From a virus, in IMG/VR virus record IMGVR_UViG_3300028840_002420, positions 1 to 64,000 of that record: a DNA stretch of 64,000 nt, one strand, 5' to 3'. Position 1 is the first letter of the stretch; every line of letters starts with the position of its first letter. The notes beneath the pieces were generated by a model. The model was not told where the DNA came from and did no database searches. It worked only from the letters and a program-made list of their open reading frames with translations. Both the position numbers and the translations under genes were made by a program. Shown piece by piece: positions 54,072 to 63,485 of this stretch.

Positions 54072-54559
54072 TGAGTCTCGAGCTGATCTATACCTACAAT
54101 CGCCTATCGGTGCGTGTAGTCCAAGCGCGGGTAAAGGTGATTCTGCCATCGGCGATCGTGAGGGCAGTCGCTCAAGATCTGCAGGACTGGCTTGAAGAGA
54201 ACGAGTTTCCGGCCGGGCCGTATATTGCGAGCTGTTTCGCGAAACACAGTTGGGCGTACGTGCCTGCGTTCGAGGCGTTGGCCCGGCCAAAGTACGCGAA
54301 GCACTACCGCGACAACGCGGAAGAGGCGGCGATGTGGTGGCGGCAGCACGAGATCGATCGCGAAGCTCACACGCCGCTCGAGTTGTCTCCAGGCAAGGAA
54401 ATCGTCAAGTCGCGGTTTCGTTATGACGGGCGGGAAAAGGCCTGTAGGGCTCAGCCCGAGCTGAGCGGTGGGTTCAACCAACTATCGAGGCACTGTCAGA
54501 CGTGCCCAGAGAAGGAGGAATGTCGTGCGGGAAGAAACAATGCAAGTGCTCGCCAGTAA
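54071..54559 (+). CDS. Hypothetical protein with C-terminal Cys4 motif
   Basis: C.......GF...S..CQTC....C. Confidence 0.6.
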   Translation: MSLELIYTYNRLSVRVVQARVKVILPSAIVRAVAQDLQDWLEENEFPAGPYIASCFAKHSWAYVPAFEALARPKYAKHYRDNAEEAAMWWRQHEIDREAHTPLELSPGKEIVKSRFRYDGREKACRAQPELSGGFNQLSRHCQTCPEKEECRAGRNNASARQ

Positions 54560-54836
54560 CGAGCTGGATCTGGGAGCTAGTCAAGCAGCGGGCGGCTTCA
54601 AGGGAGAGGCTCGATATGCTGGGGGGCCGCACGCCGGCGAGCTGATTATCCGAACCAAGAATGTCTATCCCACGACATTCGCGGCGATCAACGCGGTGGG
54701 CGCGGTAGCCGACGCTGCTAAGGAAGTGATCAGGCGCTCGGGCGCTGGTTTGGTCAAGATCGATCCGCTCGAGGATCATGAATACGCCGAGGAGCTCAAG
54801 CGGCAATTTCGCGAAGAGCAGCAGAAGGCCAAATAG
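54540..54836 (+). CDS. Hypothetical protein
   Basis: ATG 54540; packed in the operon. Confidence 0.5.
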   Translation: MQVLASNELDLGASQAAGGFKGEARYAGGPHAGELIIRTKNVYPTTFAAINAVGAVADAAKEVIRRSGAGLVKIDPLEDHEYAEELKRQFREEQQKAK

Positions 54837-54856
54837 CGATCGAAGAGGAGGGCGCC

Positions 54857-55081
54857 GTGTTGAAGCGTTTCAAAGAGCTGCTGCCGAACCTGTTGTACTA
54901 CGTCTGCATCGTCGGTTTCGTGTGGGGCGTGTCCTATCTCACCCGGTCGTGTAATGAAGATACGGCACGGTGGGTGTACCGCAAGGATCCGCGTACGGGG
55001 GTTTGCTACGTGCTCAATTGGTGGCGAACGAGCTTCGCGTATATCCCGTGTGAGAAGGTGCCGCGGGGCCAGCTGAAGTGA
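54857..55081 (+). CDS. Small membrane protein
   Basis: TM segment followed by Y.KDPRTG.CY...IPC. Confidence 0.55.
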   Translation: MLKRFKELLPNLLYYVCIVGFVWGVSYLTRSCNEDTARWVYRKDPRTGVCYVLNWWRTSFAYIPCEKVPRGQLK

Positions 55082-56547
55082 TCGCGTTTCCGTTCAATAG
55101 CGAGTTTCAGCGGAAGATCATCCGGCTTGCGCTGACTGATGATGGCTTCGCCACGATGGGGCTGAAGTACCTGCAGGCGTCGATGTTCGAGAGCGACGCG
55201 ATGCGGTGGGTGTGGAGGCAGGTCGAGCACGAGCGCAACGAAGGGCGCCGGGCGACGCTATTGGTCGTGCGCGATCGGCTGCGGGACATCGACGAAGTTC
55301 TGAGGCCGCGGTACCAGGCTGTCGTCGACGCGATCGAGCAAGAGGTGGTGCGGGAAGAGGCCTTCATCAAAGAGAGGCTCGCCGAGTTCATCAAGCGGAA
55401 CATGTTCGTTGCGGCCTACAACGACTCGCAGTCGATCTACAACAGCGGTCGTCCAGAACAGGCGATGCAGGCGATGTATGAGGCCTCGCAGAGCATTCAG
55501 CAGGTCTCGTTTGCTCCGCCCGATCGTGGTTGGTTTTACGATGAGCTGGATACGAGGCAGCGGGCCTATTTGGACTTCGGCCATCGTGAATTCGATTCGA
55601 TGTTTGCCACAGGGATCGATGGCGTCGACAAGGTGTTGGATGGGGGACTGTCGCGGGGCGAGCTGGGGGTGTGGATAGCGGACTCCAAGGGCGGCAAGTC
55701 GATGATGCTGCGGTTTCTGGCAGCTCACACGTGTCGGGCGCTTCAGCGTAACGTGCTGCTGATCATCCTTGAAGGTCGGCGGCAGCAGACAGAGGCTCAG
55801 CTTGACACGCTGCATGCCGGGATCCTGTACACGAACCTGAAGCGGGGCATTATCGATCGGGAGACTTATCAGCAGCTGCAGTCCGAGTATATGGCGCTTC
55901 GGCGCCGGCTGGTGATCCGGGCGATGGTCAAGGACTGGAGCTATACCGCTGCGGACATTCGTGCCGAGCTGGATGAGCTGCGATCGATTCACGGCTGGAT
56001 CCCGGATATGGTCGTGGTGGACTATGGCGACCTACTCCGAAGCCAGACGAAGGCGTTTTCCGAGGAAGAGCACCAGCGTAATGCCTTCGGTGATCTGAAG
56101 AGCCTGACTACCCAGGATTTCGGGTATGCGGTGTGGACCGCTAGCCAGGCTCAGCGGCCATCGAAGGAGATGTGGAAAAAGAAAAAGAAGGAGGAGGGCG
56201 ACGAGGGCGGCGATTTCAAGGTCTGGGGCAAGCCGGTCATTCGGGCACGAGACATCGCGGACAGCTACAACAAGATCCGTCGAGCGGACTTCATTGGCTC
56301 GATCAATCAGGACGAAAAGGACAAGCAGGAAAACATCGCGCGGCTGTGGTTGGACCGGTACCGCGACAATGCGGCCGGGCGCCTGGTCCAGGTGAGGCAA
56401 CATCTCGACCGGATGATGTTTGTTGATTTGCTTGATCCGTTGAACCGTCCCGATTCGCCAGACAGGGTGCAGGCCGATATTGAAAAGCGGCTCAAAAAGC
56501 AGCAGGAAGCCGCGAATAAGAAGCAGGAGGCGGCGAACAATGGCTGA
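55078..56547 (+). CDS. dnaB: Replicative DNA helicase (DnaB-like)
   Basis: TGI..VD..L.GGL..GEL...ADSKGGKS, LE, VVVDY.DLL, VWTASQ, IADSY.K...AD. Confidence 0.9.
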   Translation: MIAFPFNSEFQRKIIRLALTDDGFATMGLKYLQASMFESDAMRWVWRQVEHERNEGRRATLLVVRDRLRDIDEVLRPRYQAVVDAIEQEVVREEAFIKERLAEFIKRNMFVAAYNDSQSIYNSGRPEQAMQAMYEASQSIQQVSFAPPDRGWFYDELDTRQRAYLDFGHREFDSMFATGIDGVDKVLDGGLSRGELGVWIADSKGGKSMMLRFLAAHTCRALQRNVLLIILEGRRQQTEAQLDTLHAGILYTNLKRGIIDRETYQQLQSEYMALRRRLVIRAMVKDWSYTAADIRAELDELRSIHGWIPDMVVVDYGDLLRSQTKAFSEEEHQRNAFGDLKSLTTQDFGYAVWTASQAQRPSKEMWKKKKKEEGDEGGDFKVWGKPVIRARDIADSYNKIRRADFIGSINQDEKDKQENIARLWLDRYRDNAAGRLVQVRQHLDRMMFVDLLDPLNRPDSPDRVQADIEKRLKKQQEAANKKQEAANNG

Positions 56548-57136
56548 AGCTTTTCCTTTGTATTGGCCAGAAGGCTGGGATCGGACGAAACGACGGCGGC
56601 CGGGGCCGTACAAGGTGACGTTCGGTGCGGCGCTGAATGATCTGCGTGATGAGCTGAAGCGGTTCAACGCCCGATATCCGGTCATCAGCGCGAATGTCCC
56701 GTTGCGGAATGATGGGCTGCCCAAGGTTTCGTCGGTTGGGGATGGGACGCGATTCAGCGGTGATCCGGGGGTCGCGGTCTATTTTCGGCGGCGGGATCAG
56801 GAATTCGTGTTCGCGTGCGACAAGTACCTCCATCCGCGGGACAACATGCGGGCGGTCTTCCAGACGATCAACGCATTGCGGACGATCGAGCGCTGTGGGG
56901 TCACCGAGCTGACACAGCGGGCGTTCGCGGGATTCAAGGCGCTGCCTCCGCCAGAGAAGCCAAAACGCCCGTGGTGGGACGTATTTGGGCTGCGGCGTGA
57001 AGATGCCACGATCGAGGTGGTCCAGGCGGTGTATAAAGCTCGTTCACGGAAAGCACACCCGGATTTTGCCAAAGACGATGGCGAGGCCATGAAAGAGCTG
57101 AATGAGGCGTTGACGGAGGCGAAGAAAGATCTCTGA
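56540..57136 (+). CDS. Phage J-domain protein
   Basis: PLYWP.GW.RT...DPGVAVYF...ACD.Y; C-terminal WW.V.G...AHPD...M.ELN.A. Confidence 0.85.
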   Translation: MAEAFPLYWPEGWDRTKRRRPGPYKVTFGAALNDLRDELKRFNARYPVISANVPLRNDGLPKVSSVGDGTRFSGDPGVAVYFRRRDQEFVFACDKYLHPRDNMRAVFQTINALRTIERCGVTELTQRAFAGFKALPPPEKPKRPWWDVFGLRREDATIEVVQAVYKARSRKAHPDFAKDDGEAMKELNEALTEAKKDL

Positions 57137-58179
57137 TGGCTGGCTCGAGCGCGTACTGGCGGGCGGAAGCCCGCTTTGACTGGCAGCGCTATGTGATTGA
57201 CGCGGGGGGTGTGCGCGCGGTCCATAGTCGGCCGGAAGAGTATGTGCTGACGTGTCCGGACTGCTTCAAAGCTAAGTTGGCGGTCAATGTTGAGCGGCGG
57301 GCGTGGCAGTGCTGGACGTGCGGTGACGGCGGCCGGGACGCGTCGAGTCTGATTTCAAAGATCGAGCGCGTGATGTTCCACGAGGCGTTGGACCGGGTGA
57401 TGACCGGACACCAGCAGGCCGTGGGGCGGATCGATGTGCTGGATAAGCGGCTTGCTGGTCACCAGGATCGGCCGCGGGTTGAAGTCCCGAATGCGATGGT
57501 TTGGCCAGATGGATTTCATACACTGGCGCAGCCACCGACAGCGCGTGAGATGGTCGACTGGTGGGTGCAGGCGATCGGCTACTGTCGGTTTCGTGGAATT
57601 GAAGAGTACGTGGTCCAAGAGATGCAGCTCGGGTTTTGCACCAAGGGGCGGTATCGACGGCGGCTTATCTTCCCGGTGTTCGATTACGGCGGCCGGCTGG
57701 TTTTTTACCAGGGGCGTGCGATGTGGCCGAGAGTGACGCACAAGCGGTATATCAAGACGCTCAGTCCGAAGCTGGAGGAAGGCTACGCCGGCGCTTCGGA
57801 TGTGCTGCTCAATCTGGCCTATCTGGTGGCGCGCGGCATACCAGAGCGGTTGTTGGTTGTTGAGGGGCCGATTGATTGTGCCCATGGCTGGCCGGACTGT
57901 GTGGCGACGTTCGGCAAGCGGCTGTCCGATCGGCAGATGCAGTTGTTGGTCCGGGCTGGCGTCAAGCAGATCGATCTGGGTTGGGATCCAGAAGAGATGA
58001 AGACGACAGAGAAGCAAGCCGCGATGCTGACCGATCTGTTCGAAGTGCGGATTGTGCAGTGGCCTTCGGGGAAGGATCCGGGGGACCTTTCGAAAGAAGA
58101 GATTGAAGGGTTTCGCCGACAAGCGCGGGTGTGGGGGAGTGGTGATCGGCTTAGCCGTTTGACTAATGTGCTCAGGTAG
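57136..58179 (+). CDS. dnaG: DNA primase (zinc finger plus TOPRIM)
   Basis: CPDC...WQCWTC; R.IFP.......YQGR; VVEGPID; WD; KDPGD. Confidence 0.85.
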   Translation: MAGSSAYWRAEARFDWQRYVIDAGGVRAVHSRPEEYVLTCPDCFKAKLAVNVERRAWQCWTCGDGGRDASSLISKIERVMFHEALDRVMTGHQQAVGRIDVLDKRLAGHQDRPRVEVPNAMVWPDGFHTLAQPPTAREMVDWWVQAIGYCRFRGIEEYVVQEMQLGFCTKGRYRRRLIFPVFDYGGRLVFYQGRAMWPRVTHKRYIKTLSPKLEEGYAGASDVLLNLAYLVARGIPERLLVVEGPIDCAHGWPDCVATFGKRLSDRQMQLLVRAGVKQIDLGWDPEEMKTTEKQAAMLTDLFEVRIVQWPSGKDPGDLSKEEIEGFRRQARVWGSGDRLSRLTNVLR

Positions 58180-58206
58180 GCCTTTTGGGGCCTGAAAGGA
58201 GGCTCG

Positions 58207-58677
58207 ATGATGTACCAGTGGGATCGGATTGTTGGCCAGATCGTGTGGGCTCGGGCTCGAGCTGCGAGGATCTTCGGCCTCCCTCCAGAAGAGTTGATGG
58301 CTGTCGGGCGAGCTGCAGCGGTGGAGGCTGAGCAGTCGTGGCAGTCATCGGGCGGCCGGTCGATGAGCAGTTGGGTGTATCTCAGCGTACAGATCGCGGT
58401 GCAGCGCGCCATGGTGGCCGCTGGTCGTTACGCTGCGGAAGAGGAAGAGGTCGGAGTCGATCCGGAGCCCGAAGCTCAGTATTTTATCCGGGAGGCGCTC
58501 GAGTACCTGGAAGCACGGTTACCCAGCGAGGACTGGGTGCTGTTGTGGCTATATCACGCGGAAGGTCGAAATTGCGTTGAGTTAGCTGAGCGTTGGGGGA
58601 TCGCGCATCAGTCGATGAGGCGGAAGATCAGCAAGGCGCGAAAAAAGGCGGCTACACTTTGCGCGCTGTACGCATAG
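58207..58677 (+). CDS. Sigma-factor-like protein
   Basis: EELM..G..A...A...W......SSW (region 2) and L.....L.L...EG....ELA..WG......R....A (region 4). Confidence 0.65.
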   Translation: MMYQWDRIVGQIVWARARAARIFGLPPEELMAVGRAAAVEAEQSWQSSGGRSMSSWVYLSVQIAVQRAMVAAGRYAAEEEEVGVDPEPEAQYFIREALEYLEARLPSEDWVLLWLYHAEGRNCVELAERWGIAHQSMRRKISKARKKAATLCALYA

Positions 58678-58695
58678 TAGAGATAGGAGCGAGAA

Positions 58696-59715
58696 ATGTC
58701 GGACGAAGAACTGCCTGAAATCTCTGATGCTGACTTCGCGGCGATGACGGCTCAGGCTCACGAGCTGGGCATTCATTACACGGGGGTCGATCCGCTCGAG
58801 CTGCAGGCGTTTATCGCGATGGCTCAAGCGGATCGCGGACCAGAGCATCCTGTGCCGTGCTTTGGACTGAGCTACGATCCGAGTCATCGGCCGTGCAGGA
58901 TTTGTCAGATGCGGAATCCGTGCGCCGATGCTGACAAAAAGCCGCGGGTTGAGGTGGCGGATGTGCGGCGGCTCGAGCCAGTTCCGTGTGAAGCCTGCAG
59001 GAGGGGAGAGCTGAACATCGAGCTGCAGGATGTCGAGACGCACGAGATTCGGGACTACGGATGCTCGACCCATGGGTGTCAGAATACGCTGGGCATCCAG
59101 GTCGGGTGGGAAAGTGGCAGCCGTCCGACCGAGATTGTGCTGGGTGAGGCTGACGCCGATGAGGAAGCAGCAAAGGTAGAGACGGAGGCTGAAGCGGAGC
59201 CAGAGAAGCCCGCTCTTGAAGTGATCGATGGGGGAAAGTCCAAGCCCAAAAAGAAGGTCACGGTCAAAAAGCCTTCGGCGAAGAAAGCTCCGGCGAAGAA
59301 AGCTGCGAAGGCCCCAGCGAAGAAGGCCCCAGAGAAGAAGGCTCCAGCGAAGAAGGCTCCAGCGAAGAAGGCCCCAGCGAAGAAGGCCCCAGCGAAGAAG
59401 GCCCCAGCGAAGAAGGCCCCAACGAAGGCCGCGAAGAAGGCTCCAGCGAAGGCCGCGAAGAAGGCTCCAGCGAAGAAAATTACAGTCAAGCGAGCTCCGC
59501 CCAAGAAACCGCGAGCTGGGGCGGATCTGAGCTTCGTTTGGGATGGGCGTACTTACGATTCGCTAACGGCGATTGCGGAAGCAATCACCAAGACGCGGAA
59601 TTGGAGCGGGCCGAAGTTTTTCAAAATCCGGTCAGCTGATCTGCAGCCAGGGATCACGCTGAGCCGAGTTTTCGAGGGCGATGAGTACGTCGTCTCAGTG
59701 GAGAAGCGCAAATGA
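58696..59715 (+). CDS. Zinc-binding, histone H1-like PAKKA repeat and C-terminal DUF2924/RAMA-like domain protein
   Basis: PCFG...C..C....C and a second Cys cluster; more than 10 (P)AKKA units; F.WDG..Y.SL.AIA..IT...WSG..FF. Confidence 0.7.
   Translation: MSDEELPEISDADFAAMTAQAHELGIHYTGVDPLELQAFIAMAQADRGPEHPVPCFGLSYDPSHRPCRICQMRNPCADADKKPRVEVADVRRLEPVPCEACRRGELNIELQDVETHEIRDYGCSTHGCQNTLGIQVGWESGSRPTEIVLGEADADEEAAKVETEAEAEPEKPALEVIDGGKSKPKKKVTVKKPSAKKAPAKKAAKAPAKKAPEKKAPAKKAPAKKAPAKKAPAKKAPAKKAPTKAAKKAPAKAAKKAPAKKITVKRAPPKKPRAGADLSFVWDGRTYDSLTAIAEAITKTRNWSGPKFFKIRSADLQPGITLSRVFEGDEYVVSVEKRK
59281..59480 (+). repeat. 15-bp tandem repeats encoding PAKKA
   Basis: Repeated CCAGCGAAGAAGGC(C/T). 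Confidence 0.9.
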
Positions 59716-60266
59716 ACGGACATACAATCATCCGCGTCAAGAGCTTCGAGGACCTGATCCACAAGGTGATGGCGTTCAGCTCGTTTCGTATTCAGGATCG
59801 GCTTTACAGCGCGGAGTTATTGGTTCCGCAGCTGGTGATCGACAACAAGGATCTGCTCACCGAGTCGGCGATGTGTGCGGCTTTCGTGTTGTATTGGGGC
59901 CGAGAAGCTGCAGCGGCTCGACGGGCAAAGGCTCGGGTCGAGTCAGCCTATCGGACGTGGCGGGACCGGACGTGGCTGGAGATCAAGCACACGCCGTTGC
60001 CTGATACAGAAGGCAAGCCGAAGTATCCAACGGATGCTCACGTGGAGCGGCTGCTACACCAGCACCCAGAATACGGGGAATGGCGCGGCCGTCAGGACGA
60101 CGCTCAGGAAGCGGCCGAGAACGCCGAAGCGGTGCACCTGGCATTTCAGACCAAAGCTGAGCTGATCAAAAATCAACAGCGTCTGCTGCATGATGAGGCA
60201 GGCGGTCCTTACCAGATCGCGGAGGAGCCGCGACAGACTCAGGCTAGAGAGCCCAAAGTCAGCTAG
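59712..60266 (+). CDS. UvsY-like recombination mediator
   Basis: L.ID...L..E.......YW...PT...VE......EY...AF..K...; upstream of SSB and RecA. Confidence 0.55.
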   Translation: MNGHTIIRVKSFEDLIHKVMAFSSFRIQDRLYSAELLVPQLVIDNKDLLTESAMCAAFVLYWGREAAAARRAKARVESAYRTWRDRTWLEIKHTPLPDTEGKPKYPTDAHVERLLHQHPEYGEWRGRQDDAQEAAENAEAVHLAFQTKAELIKNQQRLLHDEAGGPYQIAEEPRQTQAREPKVS

Positions 60267-60276
60267 GAGGAAATCG

Positions 60277-61791
60277 ATGTCTGGCGATCAACGTTACCCA
60301 CAGTACCCATTGCCTGGGCAGGGCGCTGTTCACGGGGCGGTAGCGCCTCATGGGCATCCCGAGCAGGCTCCACAGGGCCAGCCTCCACAGGGCCAGCCTC
60401 CACAGGGCCAGCCTCCACAGGGCCAGCCTCCACAGGGCCAGCCTCCACAGCAGGCTCCGCAGCAGGGTTATCCGCAGCAGTTTTCTCCAGAGGCCGCAGT
60501 TGCCGAGGGAGTGCTGGCTGGTGCCGGTTATCCGCAGCAGTCGCCGCAGCAGTCGCCGCAGCAGTCGCCGCAGCAAGCGCCGGGACAGCCGTGGAATCAA
60601 TCGGCTGACTTGCCTCCAGAGATGGCGGCAGCGATGGCCGATGCTGTGGATCAGTCCCGTGTCGGCGGGTCCGATGCGGATTTCTGGCGACCGAACAAGC
60701 CGAAGAACGTCGGAGAGACGGCGGAGTCGGTTGTCCGGGTGTTCCCGAGCTGGACGGGGGATCCGCGTATGCCGTTCTGGCATATGTCGTGGCGGCATTT
60801 TTGCATGGTCCAGCTAGAGGACGGCAGCAAGCGGCGCCAGCCGCGGAATTGCCCAGCCAAGAACGTACCGCCAGGCAGTCCACCGGGTCGTTGTGCTATC
60901 TGCGACCGACGCGAGCGGGCGTTGGCGGCCGGCGACGAAAAGACGGCGAAGACGCTCGAGCCGAAACCGCGGTTCTACATGAACGTGATCGACGCCAATG
61001 ACCAGGACGCTCATTGGAAGGTCGATCCGCAGACCGGGCAGAATGTGCCTGTCGCTAAGGTGTGGGATTGCACGCCGGGGCTGTTCAAGAAGCTGACGAA
61101 CGTCATTTCTGCTAAGGGCGCGATTTACGATATGCAGGTCGGGCGCTATCTCAAGGTATTCGCAGCGAAGCACGGCAGCGAGGACCGAGATGTGCGGTTC
61201 GATTGCACCGACGCGACGGATCCATGTCCGGTTCCGGCTGGATTCGAGCAGACAGTGTTGGTCGCGTTGGACAAGCTCGATTCGGCTCGCTCGTATGAAG
61301 AGCTGGCGAACGATATCGCGGCGACCTATCCCGATCCCCAGGGAATGCCCGTTGGAGGCGCGCAGCAGCCGCCGCAGCAGCCGCCGCAAGCTCAGCCCCC
61401 TTATGGGCCACCAGCGGGTTACGGACAGCCACAGGCGCAGCAGGGCTATCCGCAGCAGGGCTATCCGCAGCAGGGCTATCCGCAGCAGGGCTATCCGCAG
61501 CAGGGCTATCCGCAGCAGGGCTATCCGCAGCAGGGCTATCCGCAGCAGGGCGCTCCGCAAGGTCCTCCGCAAGGTCCTCCACAGGGCTACCCGCAGCAGG
61601 CCGCTCCGCAGCAGGGCTATCCGCAGCAGGGCGCTCCGCAAGGTCCTCCACAGGGCTACCCGCAGCAGGGCGCTCCGCAAGGCGCTCCACAGGGCTACCC
61701 GCAGCAGGGCGCTCCGCAAGGCGCTCCGCAAGGTCCTCCGCAGCAGGGCGCTCCGCAAGGTGCACCGGGAGGTGATGATGTCCCTTTCTAG
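60277..61791 (+). CDS. gp32-like single-stranded DNA-binding protein with Q/P/G/Y low-complexity arms
   Basis: FW.P......VR.FP...H...C......C.IC...RFYMNV.D...G..L.....G...VR; acidic DDVPF terminus; AGGAGG RBS. Confidence 0.75.
   Translation: MSGDQRYPQYPLPGQGAVHGAVAPHGHPEQAPQGQPPQGQPPQGQPPQGQPPQGQPPQQAPQQGYPQQFSPEAAVAEGVLAGAGYPQQSPQQSPQQSPQQAPGQPWNQSADLPPEMAAAMADAVDQSRVGGSDADFWRPNKPKNVGETAESVVRVFPSWTGDPRMPFWHMSWRHFCMVQLEDGSKRRQPRNCPAKNVPPGSPPGRCAICDRRERALAAGDEKTAKTLEPKPRFYMNVIDANDQDAHWKVDPQTGQNVPVAKVWDCTPGLFKKLTNVISAKGAIYDMQVGRYLKVFAAKHGSEDRDVRFDCTDATDPCPVPAGFEQTVLVALDKLDSARSYEELANDIAATYPDPQGMPVGGAQQPPQQPPQAQPPYGPPAGYGQPQAQQGYPQQGYPQQGYPQQGYPQQGYPQQGYPQQGYPQQGAPQGPPQGPPQGYPQQAAPQQGYPQQGAPQGPPQGYPQQGAPQGAPQGYPQQGAPQGAPQGPPQQGAPQGAPGGDDVPF
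60370..60450 (+). repeat. 5 x 15-bp repeat (PQGQP)
   Basis: CCACAGGGCCAGCCT x5. Confidence 0.9.
61441..61545 (+). repeat. 7 x 15-bp perfect repeat (QGYPQ)
   Basis: CAGGGCTATCCGCAG x7, with degenerate copies to about 61760. Confidence 0.95.
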
Positions 61792-62003
61792 GGGATGGGA
61801 GCAGCACGCAGGCGCCGAAGCCCCCGGTTGATGGCCGGGGGATTCCGCGCTGCTGGGGCCGTTGGTGGGCCGACGATCGGACGTGTCGAGCTTGCTGGGT
61901 GGCTGAAGCATGCGAGCAGCAATCGCCGGGTGACAAGCCGCTCGAACCAGTCACTGGTGATCCCGCAGATCCTGAAGAATTGGAGCGGCAATTGCGGGGT
62001 TGA
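61782..62003 (+). CDS. Start-less Cys4 ORF, probable -1 frameshift extension of SSB
   Basis: Frame is open 61779-62003 and reads ...[23 protein letters not shown]...EELERQLRG; slippery C CCT TTC at 61782-61788; TGATG overlap with recA. Confidence 0.6.
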   Translation, partial: PFLGDGSSTQAPKPPVDGRGIPRCWGRWWADDRTCRACWVAEACEQQSPGDKPLEPVTGDPADPEELERQLRG

Positions 62004-63169
62004 TGATGCCGAAACCTTCCAAAACGACCACCAAGAAAGCTACTAAGAAGGCTACCAAGAAGGTCTCGCCGAAGCGTAAATCGTCGGGCTCAAAAGCCAA
62101 GCAGGCGACACAGCTGCAGGTGCTCACTGAGGTTCACGATTACTTTTCGAATCACAAGCAATTCGCTGGCCAGCTGATCAAGATGGATTCGCTGGACAAT
62201 ACTGTGCCCGGCTACGTTTCGAGTCAGAGTCTGGCGCTGGATTGGATAGCGGGCAACGGTGGCTTTCCGATGTCGCGGGTGATCGATGTCAGCGGTGACG
62301 AAGGCACGGGCAAGAGTACGCTGGGTGATCACATCATGGCGGAAGTCCAGCGGCTTGGGGGTCACGCTTATTTGTGGGATCCGGAGAACGCTCGAGACAA
62401 CCGCTACCAGAAGCAGCTCGGAATCGCTCGGTCGCGAGCGGCTCAGATCGTCAGCCACACGATGGAGGATGGTTTCGAGCTGATGATCGAGATACTGCAG
62501 CAGCACCTGATGAAAGATCCTTTACGGCCTGGGATCATTCTTTGGGATACACCGGCCGGGACGCCAACACGTAACGAGGCCGATCCAGAAAAGACTGACG
62601 AGCGGATGGGGCCGGCGAAAATTATCCGGGGATACCTGCGTAAGCTGAATCAGATTCTGATGCAGACGCGTTGGGTCCTCTGCGTGATCAATCAGACCTA
62701 TCGCGGGCACATGCAGTCCGGACAGACCTACAAAGCTGTGTACGGGGGCGGTGGGATCCCGTTCTATTCGAGTTGTCGGCTGGAGATCAGTCACGTCAGT
62801 CGGTTTTGGCGCAGCTCTACGGACAAGTCGCGGGGAATGCCCCCGTTGGGGCAGACTGCGTGGGTGCGGAATATCAAAAATCGCTGCGGGATGCCGTGGC
62901 GGTCGCGTCAGATCTGCATCGAGTTCGGTCAGGGGATCGATAACTACTGGACGATGTTCGATACGCTCAAGGGCTACGGGGCGCTTGAAGTTAGCTCGAA
63001 CGGCTGGGCTGCTTTCGATCCGGACTGTTATCCGGAGCTGGCCAAGGCCGTACCAAAGAAGTGGCAGACCGGGTACCAGGGGCTCAAGCATTTCGTGGCT
63101 GAAGATCCGAATCTGTGGCCGCTGCTGATCGAGGTATATAAGTCGATTGAGGAGAGCTGGAATGTCTGA
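62003..63169 (+). CDS. recA: RecA/UvsX recombinase
   Basis: SLALD...G.GG.P..R...V.G.E.TGKSTL, D.E.A.D, INQ, GG....FYSS.RL, KNR...P......I.FG.GID. Confidence 0.92.
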   Translation: MMPKPSKTTTKKATKKATKKVSPKRKSSGSKAKQATQLQVLTEVHDYFSNHKQFAGQLIKMDSLDNTVPGYVSSQSLALDWIAGNGGFPMSRVIDVSGDEGTGKSTLGDHIMAEVQRLGGHAYLWDPENARDNRYQKQLGIARSRAAQIVSHTMEDGFELMIEILQQHLMKDPLRPGIILWDTPAGTPTRNEADPEKTDERMGPAKIIRGYLRKLNQILMQTRWVLCVINQTYRGHMQSGQTYKAVYGGGGIPFYSSCRLEISHVSRFWRSSTDKSRGMPPLGQTAWVRNIKNRCGMPWRSRQICIEFGQGIDNYWTMFDTLKGYGALEVSSNGWAAFDPDCYPELAKAVPKKWQTGYQGLKHFVAEDPNLWPLLIEVYKSIEESWNV

Positions 63170-63485
63170 CAGGGATGTTGTTGGCGAGCCGCGGATTATC
63201 GGTCTTGACAGTCCGGAGTCGATTGTCCGGGTTTGTGAGACGAAGATCGACGAGCTGCAGAAGCACTTGGACGCGTTCCCAGGACCGTACGAGCCGCTGA
63301 ACGGGACCGAGTACATTGTCTGGGAACGTCGGGCGATGATGAAGATGGGGATCGCTCAGGGCTGGGTAGCGGCATTGGCTGCGATCAAGGTGCTGCCGTT
63401 CGAGATCGGAGAGCGGCTCAAGCATCGAGCTGTCGGTGTGATCAATCGGGCCGCGGCCAAAGTGCAGATGGGAGAGCGCCGCTGA
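63162..63485 (+). CDS. Hypothetical protein
   Basis: GAGGAG RBS; overlaps the end of recA. Confidence 0.6.
   Translation: MSDRDVVGEPRIIGLDSPESIVRVCETKIDELQKHLDAFPGPYEPLNGTEYIVWERRAMMKMGIAQGWVAALAAIKVLPFEIGERLKHRAVGVINRAAAKVQMGERR

Noticed and set aside
60370-61760. CRISPR array
   Set aside because: The 15-bp units abut without spacers and lie in frame within a coding sequence.
61795-62046. Track ORF of 83 aa as the gene between SSB and recA
   Set aside because: It is Arg-rich and motif-less and overlaps recA by 44 nt; the -1 frame Cys4 ORF fits better.
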